Shown here: piece after piece, positions 1-10,237 of the stretch
Numbering within the stretch: the stretch's first letter is position 1
Layout of the letters: the number at the start of each line of letters is the position of its first letter
DNA from: an uncultured archaeon
Lineage (GTDB): Archaea; Thermoplasmatota; Penumbrarchaeia; JASLWR01
Assembly (NCBI GenBank): GCA_964342815.1
Contig: CAYFHS010000002.1
Span: forward strand, 216,790-280,789
DNA: 64,000 nt
Direction of reading: 5' to 3'
The notes under the pieces: generated by a model
Seen by the model: only the letters and a program-made list of their open reading frames with translations
Database searches by the model: none
Told to the model about the DNA's origin: nothing
Program-made: the position numbers and the translations under genes

Positions 1-1
1 G

Positions 2-730
2 GGCCGGGATGTGGCAATCAAGATGCCGCGATTTCTTGAGGAAACCCTGGATTCTTCCATATACGATAAATTCGAATCCGAGGCAAACATGTGGAAGAAC
101 CTTAAACACAAGAATATCGTAGAGTTCTACAGTTCCATTCTCGACCCCTATCCTGCCCTGGTAATGGAACTGATGGAGGGAGGCAGCCTCAAGGGACTGA
201 TGAGCTCGCGGAGACTGACGACCCACGAAGCATTGAGCATATTGATCCAGCTGGTAGACGCCATTTCCTACGCCCACCGCATGGCTTCCATTCACAGGGA
301 CATAAAGCCCGAGAACATCCTTTTTACCATTGACGGCATTCCAAAACTGACCGACTGGGGCATTGGCAAGTTCATGGCATCGGAATCCGCCACCAAGACA
401 GTGGGGGCCAAGGGGACTCTTGCCTACAGCGCTCCCGAACAGGTCAGCAGGAAAAAATTCGGTGTGGTGGATTGGAGCACGGACATATTCCAGATTGCCG
501 TTGTTGGTTACGAGATGCTCACAGGAATAAATCCCTTCATGGAAGATGATCCGGTCAGTATAATGGGCAAGATAATCAACGAGGATGTCACCCCTCCTTC
601 CCTTTTAAATCCGGAGATCTCGCCGCATGTGGATACGGTAATACTCAAGGCTCTGGAGAAACGAAAAGAGGACCGCTGGAGAAGTGCGGACGTAATGTAT
701 GACCGATTGAGGGCTGCAGGCGGGTATTAA
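2..730 (+). CDS. Hanks-type Ser/Thr protein kinase (5'-truncated by window edge)
   Basis: Frame open from base 2 (GRDVAIKMP = subdomain II Lys); HRDIKPEN catalytic loop, DWG (DFG variant), APE motif. Confidence 0.93.
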   Translation, partial: GRDVAIKMPRFLEETLDSSIYDKFESEANMWKNLKHKNIVEFYSSILDPYPALVMELMEGGSLKGLMSSRRLTTHEALSILIQLVDAISYAHRMASIHRDIKPENILFTIDGIPKLTDWGIGKFMASESATKTVGAKGTLAYSAPEQVSRKKFGVVDWSTDIFQIAVVGYEMLTGINPFMEDDPVSIMGKIINEDVTPPSLLNPEISPHVDTVILKALEKRKEDRWRSADVMYDRLRAAGGY

Positions 731-752
731 TAATTCTTTAAGTTTCGATATT

Positions 753-1340
753 TTGATTCCAGGAGGGAAGAACATTTCTCTGTCTGCCTTATGTAGGATA
801 TTTCGTTCATTCTCCCCGTTCTATCTATCCCATCACCCGAACTGCAGGCATTACCGGGATGACGTAATTAAGATCGGCGGAAAAAATATCTGCGGTGGAT
901 GTTTCTTTCTTTATTTCGGACTTATAGTTACGATCCCGCCACTGATTTTGCTGGGCGTTTACGGCTTTCTGAGTCCGCTCCGCCTGGCAATGGTCGGTTC
1001 ATTCATGATCATGCCCACCCTCGCAAGGACCTTCATGCGTTTCCGTTCGGTGTTTTTGCGGAGGTGTGTGAAGATATTCACCGGAGCGGGAGTTCTTCTT
1101 CTTGCCGCGATCCCCATCATTGCCGGCGGGTCGTTATGGCTGAGATATTTATATCTCCTATCTTTGGTCACGATGCTGGCTATGATCAGGTATCTTCAAG
1201 CGGCGAATTTTAGAAATATATGCTTCAGGTGCATTTACCATGGGGATTTTTCCCGATGTACGGGTTTTCGGGAGGTAGCGGAGAGATTGAGGAAGAACGG
1301 CTGTGATCCGTCCCGAATATTGAAAAAACGAAATTTTTGA
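753..1340 (+). CDS. Multi-pass membrane protein with Cys/His metal-binding motifs (DUF2085-like)
   Basis: About 4 hydrophobic helices; HHPNC...ICGGC near the N-terminus and CFRC...RC near the C-terminus. Confidence 0.6.
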   Translation: MIPGGKNISLSALCRIFRSFSPFYLSHHPNCRHYRDDVIKIGGKNICGGCFFLYFGLIVTIPPLILLGVYGFLSPLRLAMVGSFMIMPTLARTFMRFRSVFLRRCVKIFTGAGVLLLAAIPIIAGGSLWLRYLYLLSLVTMLAMIRYLQAANFRNICFRCIYHGDFSRCTGFREVAERLRKNGCDPSRILKKRNF

Positions 1341-1440
1341 TTTACCCATCACATGGCTCTGCTGATATTTTTCCTTACGTTCGGTGAAAACGGCTTAGGC
1401 ATGAGAAAACGAACATACACTCATACCCGAGTTAAACGTA

Positions 1441-1558
1441 AAGTCAGGCACATTTGGACTGACTTCTTGGTAAAGACGTGCCCGCTTTGCTCCGCAACAC
1501 TAGTGTTGCTGCACCCTCGGCAAGTATGCCTACGGGTGCCAGAATGGGACGGCTTTAC
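1441..1558. other. Structured intergenic element, copy 1 (multi-hairpin; ncRNA or ssDNA element)
   Basis: Hairpin aagtcag/ctgactt (1441-1465), outer stem gtaaag/ctttac (1470-1558), 16-bp palindrome gcaacactagtgttgc (1494-1509), hairpin gcaccc..gggtgc (1511-1539); core homologous to 40573-40635. Confidence 0.7.
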
Positions 1559-1614
1559 ACGTAAATCCACCAGTAAAAAATAAATATAATCTCAATTACT
1601 TCATTTCGAGATCG

Positions 1615-2406
1615 GTGATGCAAATGGGGAAAGTAAGCAAATACGTTCGAGACGCAAAAATGCCTAAGGTCTTTTCAGAGACCATTGTTAGAGAATATCC
1701 GGTAAAGGTCTCCCGGAAATGGTTCGTAAAAAAGATGAAAGAATGGTTCAAGGGCCAACGTTACGAGGTTGAGGTGGAGAGGGATGAGGTTTCCGACAAG
1801 TTAAAGGGAATAATTGGTTTTAAAAAAGGAATTAAGATAGCTCTCGAAGAGCAGTTTTCCATGTCCGTCAAGCACAAGGGGTCGCTGACGATCGTGAAAT
1901 TTGAGTTCTGGGGCCGGACACAGAAAAAGGCGGGAATGCTGACCTTCGCCACATTCGGCGCCGCCGCGCTGGTGGGTGCGGCCTCCATCACATCCCAGAA
2001 GTTGGAAGCCAAGAAGTTCTGCGCTCGATTTACAGAATATTTGGATTCGATCATGGCAAATTATTCCCCTTCAGGAAAAACCGAAAAGCCCGCCGCCCCG
2101 CTGCCCCCGCCGCCTGCGACAGAAAATACCTGTCCGCACTGCCAGGCTTCCGTCCAACCGGGCTGGAAAGCATGCCCCGCCTGCGGCAAGACGATACTGG
2201 ACGGTTCTTCGGATTGTACTTCCTGCGGAGCCGAGATGCAGCCGGGCTGGAAAGCGTGTCCCGCCTGCGGAAGATCCGCATCTTCAGCACGATCGGGTAC
2301 CAAAAAAACATGCCTTTCCTGCGGTCAGCAGGTGGATATTCGCTATAGCATATGCCCGTACTGCAGCCAACCCACTTCTCGTCAGTCGGAGCCAGTGGGC
2401 TACTAG
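1615..2406 (+). CDS. Double zinc-ribbon (DZR) repeat protein
   Basis: Repeated CxxC...CxxC ribbons (CPHC..QPGWKACPAC twice, CLSC..CPYC) after a Pro-rich linker. Confidence 0.85.
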   Translation: MMQMGKVSKYVRDAKMPKVFSETIVREYPVKVSRKWFVKKMKEWFKGQRYEVEVERDEVSDKLKGIIGFKKGIKIALEEQFSMSVKHKGSLTIVKFEFWGRTQKKAGMLTFATFGAAALVGAASITSQKLEAKKFCARFTEYLDSIMANYSPSGKTEKPAAPLPPPPATENTCPHCQASVQPGWKACPACGKTILDGSSDCTSCGAEMQPGWKACPACGRSASSARSGTKKTCLSCGQQVDIRYSICPYCSQPTSRQSEPVGY

Positions 2407-2473
2407 ATACGGAAGAATAAAAAGTACATTGATACAAGTTTTCAGTAGAGGCCCGGCGATAAAAACTTGACGG

Positions 2474-3121
2474 TCACATCCGCAGTATGTCGATGTGGTT
2501 CTCCGATTTCTCCACCCGCACCTTCGCCCCCTCGTAGACCTCCACCTCGTTATCGGTATACTCGACGGAGTACCGCTTTCTCGGGTCTTTGGTGGACCTG
2601 CCGTCGATATATTTTATCTGCGTATCCGGCGGATAACTGAACGGCAGATGCCCGTGCTGGTAGTTGATTATCGAGGTTCCTTTTTCCTTCACCTTCATCT
2701 TGTCGTTGCCGATCTTTATTCCGAACATGCCCTTTTTGAACTCTTCGTCTATTTCGAAGTTCAGGAAATAATCGCCGTCATCGTATTCCAGCCACCCCAC
2801 CCTGCCGTCGTTGAATTTTAAAAAGTACTCCTGCCAGGTCCAGCCGTCGGAGTCGCGGTATTCGATGACGCCCTTGATGACGAATCCCTGGTTGTTGTAG
2901 AAGCCCGCCGTATCTATGCCAAGAGGTCCGCGGTCCCGCGGGCCGTAGCTTATCTTCGTCTTTTCGAGAATTTCTTCCGCCTGGAACTCCTTTCGGTGCT
3001 CCTCGGACACTATGGCAGTACCGCAGTAAGGACACGAAACGGTCCTTACACCGGCTACTCTCTCCACCGGGGCGGAACAACTGGGACATTCAACCGTACC
3101 TACGGAACCCATGATAAACAC
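2474..3121 (-). CDS. Zn-ribbon + DUF4178-like protein
   Basis: N-terminal CPSC..CPYC; WQEYFL..G..GWLEYDDG segment typical of DUF4178. Confidence 0.7.
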   Translation of the reverse strand: MFIMGSVGTVECPSCSAPVERVAGVRTVSCPYCGTAIVSEEHRKEFQAEEILEKTKISYGPRDRGPLGIDTAGFYNNQGFVIKGVIEYRDSDGWTWQEYFLKFNDGRVGWLEYDDGDYFLNFEIDEEFKKGMFGIKIGNDKMKVKEKGTSIINYQHGHLPFSYPPDTQIKYIDGRSTKDPRKRYSVEYTDNEVEVYEGAKVRVEKSENHIDILRM

Positions 3122-3425
3122 CTTCGAATAATACCGAAAGAAGATAACCGGTTTATATCTAATAAGTTTTACTGCATAATGGTACGTACCATTTATGGAG
3201 ATTCGGGAGAATCAGGGATTTGAATATCTTCTGTAGGCGAGAACTTGTTAGTTAAGCGAGGTCGCAGGTCCCGAGTGCAGTTTTTGATCCGTGGGTGTTT
3301 AATATCTAATTCTTTTAATCTTTTCTTTCTCTTTAAGTCATCTGATTCCTAAAACTGAAAACTCTTTTATATAAGAAAACCCTTATTTTAGAAAAGAGTT
3401 TCAAGTCAATCATCAAGGAGTTTAT

Positions 3426-5372
3426 ATGTATTCCAAAAGAGCTGTTACCCTGGCATTTACCTTGGTCCTCCTCTCATCATATTGTATCATCGGTTTTGAT
3501 CTTACTCAATCAGAGAAAAGGGAAGCGCGTCTATCCACTAGCGTGATAGAGGGGGAAAATGATCCATACATCAGAACCAGATTCGCAGGCGGGAATGGTA
3601 CTGGGGAAAATCCGTATCAGATATCGAATGTATCGCAATTGCAGGACATGAATCTCGATCTGTCTGCGAATTATACGTTGGTTAATGATATTGATGCATC
3701 CGAGACGAGGGAGTGGAATAATGGGAAAGGATTTACACCTATAGCGAATGACACAAATTCGACTAATAATTCTTTTGATGGAACATCATTTGCCGGAAGC
3801 TTAGATGGTAAAGGATACCACATAACTGATTTATATATTAATAGGTCAACAGAGATGTTCGTTGGTTTATTTGGTCAAACCATTAAGATAGGGTTAATCA
3901 GTAATATCACATTGATAGATATCCGCTTAAATGGTAAAGATAATGTCGGAGGAATTGTTGGAAAAAACTATGGATTGGTGTTAAATTGCTCTGTAACAGG
4001 AAATGTGACTGGCATTTCTGATGTAGGTGGGCTTGTTGGGATTAACTGTGATACTATCCAGAACTCCTCTGCAACAGGCAATGTAGATGGCAATCGGGTC
4101 GTAGGTGGACTTGTAGGGGGTAACTCAGCCATGATACAGAATTGCTCCGCCACAGGCAGTGTGAAAGGAGTAGAATTTACTGGTGGATTGGTAGGATGGA
4201 ACTATAATGGAATAATAAAGAATTGCTCCGCGACAGGAGTTGTGAAGGGATCTTATATCGTAGGTGGATTAGTAGGATTGAACGACAACACAGTTGAGAA
4301 CTGCTATGCAACAGGAGATGTAACTGGAAATAAATCTGTCGGGGGCCTAGTAGGAGAGAATCCCGACCTAGTTAAGAACAGCTACGCAACAGGAGATGTC
4401 TCTGGAAATACTTCTGTCGGTGGATTGGTGGGATCAAGCCGAGGAAATGTGATCTTCCCTATTGGATTTGGAAGAATAGTGAACTCCTTTGCAACAGGAA
4501 ATGTGACTGGAAAAGCTTCGGTCGGCGGATTGATGGGAAGCAATTCAGACAAAGTACAAAACTGCACGGCAACAGGGAATGTAGATGGCAATCGGTATGT
4601 AGGCGGACTTGTTGGAAGTAATTGTGCCATTATACTGAATGGTTTTGCAACAGGAAATGTGATTGGAGTTGGTTTTACTGGTGGACTTGTGGGATCTAAC
4701 AGTGACCCTGGAAGTATCATGAACAGCCATTCAACAGGCATTGTGAGTGGAGCAAATAATACTGGAAGACTGGTTGGATATAATTCGGGCATTGTTGAGA
4801 ATGATACATTGCCCGCTTTAAAATTCGGTTCTAGTATCGAAGTATCTACAATAGATCAAAACCTTCATCGAGAAGAATTAAAACCAGACCCAAATTGGGG
4901 TAGTAATTATCGAGTCCTGCTTGGCCATAGGTATACCATTACATTTTCGATTGAAAATACGGGTAAAGTTGATGCCTACAATATTACAGTGAACCTAAAA
5001 ATGGTCTATTCCTCAGGTAATTCAGATTTAATAAGAATGGATTTCGGAGATAACTTAAGCCTCATTGAGATCAAGGCCGAAAGCAACTTAACATTGGACT
5101 TTGATTGGTCACCTCATCGATATGGTGAGTATTACATGATGCTATTGACCATTGACCCAAATGACGAAATACAGGAGGTTGACAAGGACAACAATAAATT
5201 AGAGTTTATGTGGTTTAGGACCGAAGAGAAGCCAGGGACAACTCATGAAGATGTTGATTGGTCTTCAATCTTGGGACCCAACATTTCATTCTGGTCAGTT
5301 TTTCTTCTCGTGTTATGTTCATTATTGATATTTTTCATATTTATTTGGATTAAGAAAAAAGCCAAACTATAA
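3426..5372 (+). CDS. GLUG-repeat surface protein with CARDB-like domain and C-terminal membrane anchor
   Basis: Signal-like N-terminus; FAGGNGT..NPYQI; more than 10 GGLVG..G...NCSATGNV repeats; C-terminal hydrophobic helix followed by KKK. Confidence 0.88.
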   Translation: MYSKRAVTLAFTLVLLSSYCIIGFDLTQSEKREARLSTSVIEGENDPYIRTRFAGGNGTGENPYQISNVSQLQDMNLDLSANYTLVNDIDASETREWNNGKGFTPIANDTNSTNNSFDGTSFAGSLDGKGYHITDLYINRSTEMFVGLFGQTIKIGLISNITLIDIRLNGKDNVGGIVGKNYGLVLNCSVTGNVTGISDVGGLVGINCDTIQNSSATGNVDGNRVVGGLVGGNSAMIQNCSATGSVKGVEFTGGLVGWNYNGIIKNCSATGVVKGSYIVGGLVGLNDNTVENCYATGDVTGNKSVGGLVGENPDLVKNSYATGDVSGNTSVGGLVGSSRGNVIFPIGFGRIVNSFATGNVTGKASVGGLMGSNSDKVQNCTATGNVDGNRYVGGLVGSNCAIILNGFATGNVIGVGFTGGLVGSNSDPGSIMNSHSTGIVSGANNTGRLVGYNSGIVENDTLPALKFGSSIEVSTIDQNLHREELKPDPNWGSNYRVLLGHRYTITFSIENTGKVDAYNITVNLKMVYSSGNSDLIRMDFGDNLSLIEIKAESNLTLDFDWSPHRYGEYYMMLLTIDPNDEIQEVDKDNNKLEFMWFRTEEKPGTTHEDVDWSSILGPNISFWSVFLLVLCSLLIFFIFIWIKKKAKL

Positions 5373-5561
5373 TATAAAATCATATTTCAACTTCTTTAGG
5401 ACGGCACGGGCTAAGTAATTCATTTCCACACAATATCTATTTTTACAAAGCTCAATCGTTCGACAACATTCCTACAAAAAAAAATTAAATATAGAAAAAG
5501 TATTAGCAAAGAACATATATAAGCGATGATTAACCGCAACCAATAATACTGTGGTGATGTA

Positions 5562-5840
5562 ATGAAAATCAATATTGAAGAAGAGACCATAGAGCTTACC
5601 CCGGAAGTATGGAAGGGCGAGACCGCATTGAAGGAAGATATTAAAAGCAAGATCGACATTGGAGATTACGATGTTGTGGAGGAATCCCTGGCATTGCGTG
5701 AGCTCACTTCAACCATGGAAGGATACACCAAGATCGAACTGAAACTTTCCAATACTTTCATCGAAGAATGCCATGAGAAGGCCAACGCAAGCGGAGTTAC
5801 TTTCTGGGAACTCGTAAGAGGGATCATTTTAAAAGAGTGA
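5562..5840 (+). CDS. Hypothetical protein (92 aa)
   Basis: GGTGA RBS before ATG; fills the gap convergent with the dCMP deaminase gene. Confidence 0.6.
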   Translation: MKINIEEETIELTPEVWKGETALKEDIKSKIDIGDYDVVEESLALRELTSTMEGYTKIELKLSNTFIEECHEKANASGVTFWELVRGIILKE

Positions 5841-5865
5841 TTCATCGGAGCCCAGGATTTTTTTT

Positions 5866-6312
5866 CTATTCATAACCTACAAGACTTAATTCGATACCCA
5901 ATTCTTCCGCCGCCTCCAGTATCCGCTCGTCGCGATAAAATTCTCCGTATTTTATACTTGTAATGCCAGCATTCGCTATCAATTTAAAACAGTTCCAGCA
6001 GGGACTGGCAGTTATGTATATCTCCGAGCCTTCTATTTTGACCCCATTCTTGGCAGCCTGTATGATGGCATTCGCCTCGGCATGTGTAGTCCTTACGCAG
6101 TGGTCCCCCTCCATCAGGTGACCGATCTCATCACAGTGAGCGAGCCCCCTTATACTTCCGTTATACCCTGTTGAAAGTATTGTTCTGTTTCGAACTATTA
6201 GGCTTCCAACATGCTTTCGGTCACATGTGGCACGTGTAGCCACCCGGTGCGCGATCTCCATGAAATAGGCGTCCCAATCCGCTCTCTTTTTATTTTTTTC
6301 CACACTGGACAT
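5866..6312 (-). CDS. dCMP/cytidine deaminase family protein (ComEB-like)
   Basis: HAEANAI and PCxxC zinc motifs; STGYNG. Confidence 0.92.
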   Translation of the reverse strand: MSSVEKNKKRADWDAYFMEIAHRVATRATCDRKHVGSLIVRNRTILSTGYNGSIRGLAHCDEIGHLMEGDHCVRTTHAEANAIIQAAKNGVKIEGSEIYITASPCWNCFKLIANAGITSIKYGEFYRDERILEAAEELGIELSLVGYE

Positions 6313-6325
6313 TTCATCGCCCCCA

Positions 6326-7417
6326 TCATTCGTTATTATAGCTATAAACCAAATCTGAATCCGGCGACTCTACTCCACGGCTCCTGATGGTGATGGTATC
6401 CTCATTATTTATGGTACCTGCAACCTTGGCGGCGATACCGCTTGAAGCTGCCTTCTCCAATACCTTTTCGGGTTCATTGCTGATCAAAAGAATTCCCTGA
6501 CCCATGTTCCACGTGCGGTAAGCCTCCATATCGGATACGTTTCCCATTTCCTGAATGCTTCCCATGACGTCGGGACAGTCGAAAAGATCGGTTAACAGCG
6601 CTCCTTTTCCCGTCCTCCTCAGCAGGCGGGACAGCTTACCCGGAACCCCGCCTCCCGTCACGTGGACGATACCGTTGATATTCACCTTTGCTTTATCACC
6701 GTACCCGCCGATCATCTTTAATATCGCACTGCTGTATATTGTAGATGGATACATGATCCGGGACGTAAAAACCTCTCCCGCTTCCAGATGCCAATCCGGA
6801 CCGTACTGTTCTCTCATGATATTTCTTACAAGGCTCAAGCCGTTTGATCGAAAACCTTTCTCCTGCAGCGCCACTACTGCATCCCCGCTTTTGATATCCA
6901 TTCCGCTTATCAGTTTTTCTTTCTCCCGCACCCACAGAACGAAGGCTCCCCAGTTGTAGTTGAAAGGGCCGTAACCCCCTATCCTCCCTCCCAGCTCCGC
7001 CATTTCACCGTTGATAACAGCCACGTTTGCTGTCTTGGCGGCCTTAATCAGACCGCCGGCCAGCTGTTTTACTGATTTTATTCCGTCCTGTAAAGACGCC
7101 GCATCGAGGATATTTCCAACAAGAAGAGGCTCGGCACCGTCCCGAACCGCGTCGTCGCATACCATGGCAAGCAGATCGAAGGCCATGGTGGAGTGGTCGC
7201 CGAGACGCTCGGCGATCTCGATCTTGGTTCCAACTCCATCGGTGTTCATTCCCATAACTGTTCCCGCACTTAAGCCGCCAACCGAGATGTATCGGATACC
7301 GGAAAAATCATCATTTGGAACCATGATCTCGCCAAGCCTTCCCTCGCGGTTCTTCCACGTCTCCCTGCAGGCGCGGTACATTATTTTCGAGGCAGTATCG
7401 CCCAGATCAATATCCAC
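6326..7417 (-). CDS. purM: Phosphoribosylformylglycinamidine cyclo-ligase (AIR synthetase)
   Basis: TDGVGTK, GEMAEL, GFRSNGLS, HVTGGG, TWNMGQG motifs; purine cluster context. Confidence 0.93.
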   Translation of the reverse strand: MDIDLGDTASKIMYRACRETWKNREGRLGEIMVPNDDFSGIRYISVGGLSAGTVMGMNTDGVGTKIEIAERLGDHSTMAFDLLAMVCDDAVRDGAEPLLVGNILDAASLQDGIKSVKQLAGGLIKAAKTANVAVINGEMAELGGRIGGYGPFNYNWGAFVLWVREKEKLISGMDIKSGDAVVALQEKGFRSNGLSLVRNIMREQYGPDWHLEAGEVFTSRIMYPSTIYSSAILKMIGGYGDKAKVNINGIVHVTGGGVPGKLSRLLRRTGKGALLTDLFDCPDVMGSIQEMGNVSDMEAYRTWNMGQGILLISNEPEKVLEKAASSGIAAKVAGTINNEDTITIRSRGVESPDSDLVYSYNNE

Positions 7418-7456
7418 CCCCGCATCCCGATAATTGCTGCCTTGATCTTTCGTAAT

Positions 7457-8890
7457 TCAGCACCTCCTCGAGCAGAGCCGGTCATTCTCTATCTCACTTA
7501 ACATTCCGTCCGAGACGGGCGTGGGATAATCTCCCGTGAAACAGCCCGTGCAGAAATTATTTCTAAACGATTTCGCATCGTTGACGGCCTCCACCATACC
7601 CTCCATCGGCAGATAGATCACCGCGTCCGCTCCTATGAATTTTTCAATTTCATCCATGTTACGGTTGCCGGCCAGGAATTCCCCTCTCGTGGACATGTCT
7701 ATACCGTAGACGCAGGGATGTTTGAGCGGAGGACTGCAGGACGCAAAAAATACCTTTTCGGCGCCGCTTTCCCGGGCTATCCTCACTATCTCCCGGCTGG
7801 TGTTTCCCCTGACGATGGAGTCATCCACCATGAGTACGTTTTTTCCGTTGAATTCCATTCTTATGGCGTTGAGCTTACGGCGGACGGACTTTTGCCTCTC
7901 ATTATCCGAAGGCATGATGAACGTTCTTCCTATGTATCGGTTCTTTACAAGCCCCTCTCTGTAGGGAATATCGCAAACTCTAGCGATGGCGATGGCGGCG
8001 GGACGCGCCGAATCCGGAACCGGAATAACCACGTCTATGTCAAGATCACTCAACGAGGGGAGGAGGGCCTTGCCAAGCCGTATCCTCGTCTCATACACGC
8101 TGATACCGTCAATGAATGAATCGGGACGCGCGAAATAGATATACTCGAATATACACGGATACGGCTCCCGCTCGATCAATCTCCTTTTATGCACATTTCC
8201 CTCTAGATCTATGAAAACGGCGCCGCCCGGGGGAATATCTTCTTTACTGCGGTAACCCAACATGTCAAGCGGAGCGCTCTCGGAAGCAACGGCGTAGCTT
8301 CCCGTTGGTTGATGTCTGCCCATTATAAGCGGTCTTATTCCGTAAGGATCACGAAAAGAAAGCAAACCTTTCCCTGCAATGATGGCCAATACGGAATATC
8401 CCCCGGCCACCCTTGTAAAAACATCCTTCACCGCGCCAAATATATTTTCCACGTCCGTGCCCCGTAGCTTCCCAAGAGCATCTGCGAAAACGTTGAGTAT
8501 CGCCTCGACGTCGCAGGTGGAATTCAGCCTGCGCTGGCCTTTCTCCATCAACTCATGCTTGAGCTCCGGGTAATTTGTAACCTGCCCGTTATGGGCCATC
8601 ACTATTCCGAACGGGTGGTTCACCATGAAAGGCTGGGCATCCTCGGGAGTTGAGTCCCCGTATGTGGGATAGCGCACATGCGCCAGCCCCACGTTTCCCT
8701 TCAATCTCGAAAGGTGCTTCTCATCGAATACATCCCTTACGAGTCCGTATCCCTTCTTCATCGAAAAGGAAATTCCGTCGAAGGTTGCCGCCCCAGCCGC
8801 ATCCTGCCCCCGATGCTGGATGGCAAGCATTCCTTCGTATAGATTTACGAAAACGTCGTCAACCCCGATTATTCCAATAATTCCGCACAT
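7457..8890 (-). CDS. purF: Amidophosphoribosyltransferase
   Basis: MCGIIG Ntn N-terminus (start set at the ATG before Cys), QHRGQD, VDDSIVRGNT PRPP motif. Confidence 0.97.
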   Translation of the reverse strand: MCGIIGIIGVDDVFVNLYEGMLAIQHRGQDAAGAATFDGISFSMKKGYGLVRDVFDEKHLSRLKGNVGLAHVRYPTYGDSTPEDAQPFMVNHPFGIVMAHNGQVTNYPELKHELMEKGQRRLNSTCDVEAILNVFADALGKLRGTDVENIFGAVKDVFTRVAGGYSVLAIIAGKGLLSFRDPYGIRPLIMGRHQPTGSYAVASESAPLDMLGYRSKEDIPPGGAVFIDLEGNVHKRRLIEREPYPCIFEYIYFARPDSFIDGISVYETRIRLGKALLPSLSDLDIDVVIPVPDSARPAAIAIARVCDIPYREGLVKNRYIGRTFIMPSDNERQKSVRRKLNAIRMEFNGKNVLMVDDSIVRGNTSREIVRIARESGAEKVFFASCSPPLKHPCVYGIDMSTRGEFLAGNRNMDEIEKFIGADAVIYLPMEGMVEAVNDAKSFRNNFCTGCFTGDYPTPVSDGMLSEIENDRLCSRRC

Positions 8891-8905
8891 AATCATCACT
8901 TTTAT

Positions 8906-10237
8906 TTAATGCTTGAAACTTCTCTGGCCAGTAAATATCATGACAGCGTCGTGCTCGTTGCAGGCTACGACCGATTCATAATCCCTGTTCGATCCGCCGG
9001 GCTGTATCACAGCGCTGATTCCCTCATTAAGACCCACGTCGACTCCATCCCGGAACGGGAAAAATGCGTCGGAGACCATTACGGCTCCCTTGAGGCTGCC
9101 ATGCTGCTGGGCAACTTCGTCGTTTATGATCTCCAGCATTGCTCTCGTACGCCCTTTTTCGGGCTCATCCGTTGCTTTTCGGTTCTCCTGCAGCAGAATA
9201 TTGTAGGCCATTCCATATCTCTCGAAACAAATTCTATCCTTTAGCTTGGTGTATGCCTTGTCACGGGCTATGGCGGCTACGCCAACCCGGTCCTGCTCGC
9301 CGGTCCCGATACCCACGGTAGCTTCATTCTTTACATAAATGACCGAATTTGAGGTAATTCCGGATTCCACGAGCCAGCCGAACAGCATGTCCCGGTATTC
9401 TTCCCCTGTTGGCCGCCTTCCCATGGAGACACTTTTCCCAGTTTCCGTAAGTTTCCCATCCTTTATCATACGCTCGGGAATATCATGTGGCACGACCCCC
9501 GTGCTCTTCAGGTCGTCAACCGATCGTATTCTCGGCAGGAAAGACGTCTGGACTATGACGCCTCCGTCGCAGAGGGATTTGATCTCAGGAAAAACTGCTC
9601 TCTGCCACTCGTGAAGCCTCTCGATATTCGTGATTCTCAATATCCGCAGGTCCTTTTTTCTCCGTAATATACTAAGTGCGCCGCTCTGGTACGCAGGAGC
9701 AACCACCACCTCGGAGTAATTTTTCACGATCAGTTCAGCGGTGGCCTTGTCGCAGGGTCGGTTAAGAGCTATGGCACCTCCGAACGCCGCCACCCGATCG
9801 GCCATGTTCGCTTCGTAATAGGCTCCTGCAAGTGTTGGTCGTGTTGCCACGCCGCAGGGGTTGTTATGTTTCATGATGACCACAGTTGGTTTGTTCGGGA
9901 AATATTTCAATATGTTCAGAGCGCCGTCGACGTCAGTCAGGTTGATCTTTCCGGGATGTTTTCCGGACTGCAAAAGCTCCATGTCGCAGACCAGGCCCAT
10001 ATTGGGTTTGATGAACTCAACTCCGCCAAGGATCAAATTGCCATCCACCGGCCTGTACAATGCCGAAGGCTGTCCGGGATTCTCCCCGTAACGCAGCCCC
10101 TTCTCTTTTCCATCGATATCCCACAGAACCTTTTGATAATGAATGGTCATATCACCAAAGGTGATTTCCATCGTTGCCGGAAAAATATCGTTTTCCATTG
10201 CCCTGTACATTCTTCTCATATCCACCATTTCAATCAC
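8906..10237 (-). CDS. purH: AICAR transformylase (PurH C-terminal domain only, no IMP-cyclohydrolase domain)
   Basis: LRYGENP, KHNNPCG, AFGG, SDAFFPFRDG, QPGGS; lacks the N-terminal MGS-like IMPCH domain. Confidence 0.9.
   Translation of the reverse strand: MIEMVDMRRMYRAMENDIFPATMEITFGDMTIHYQKVLWDIDGKEKGLRYGENPGQPSALYRPVDGNLILGGVEFIKPNMGLVCDMELLQSGKHPGKINLTDVDGALNILKYFPNKPTVVIMKHNNPCGVATRPTLAGAYYEANMADRVAAFGGAIALNRPCDKATAELIVKNYSEVVVAPAYQSGALSILRRKKDLRILRITNIERLHEWQRAVFPEIKSLCDGGVIVQTSFLPRIRSVDDLKSTGVVPHDIPERMIKDGKLTETGKSVSMGRRPTGEEYRDMLFGWLVESGITSNSVIYVKNEATVGIGTGEQDRVGVAAIARDKAYTKLKDRICFERYGMAYNILLQENRKATDEPEKGRTRAMLEIINDEVAQQHGSLKGAVMVSDAFFPFRDGVDVGLNEGISAVIQPGGSNRDYESVVACNEHDAVMIFTGQRSFKH

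Noticed and set aside
1353-1583. 76-aa ORF on +
   Set aside because: It overlies the hairpin element, has no recognisable motifs or RBS, and the sequence is better explained as structured non-coding DNA
3900-4800. CRISPR-like or tandem DNA repeat
   Set aside because: The periodicity comes from in-frame GLUG protein repeats, not identical direct repeats with spacers
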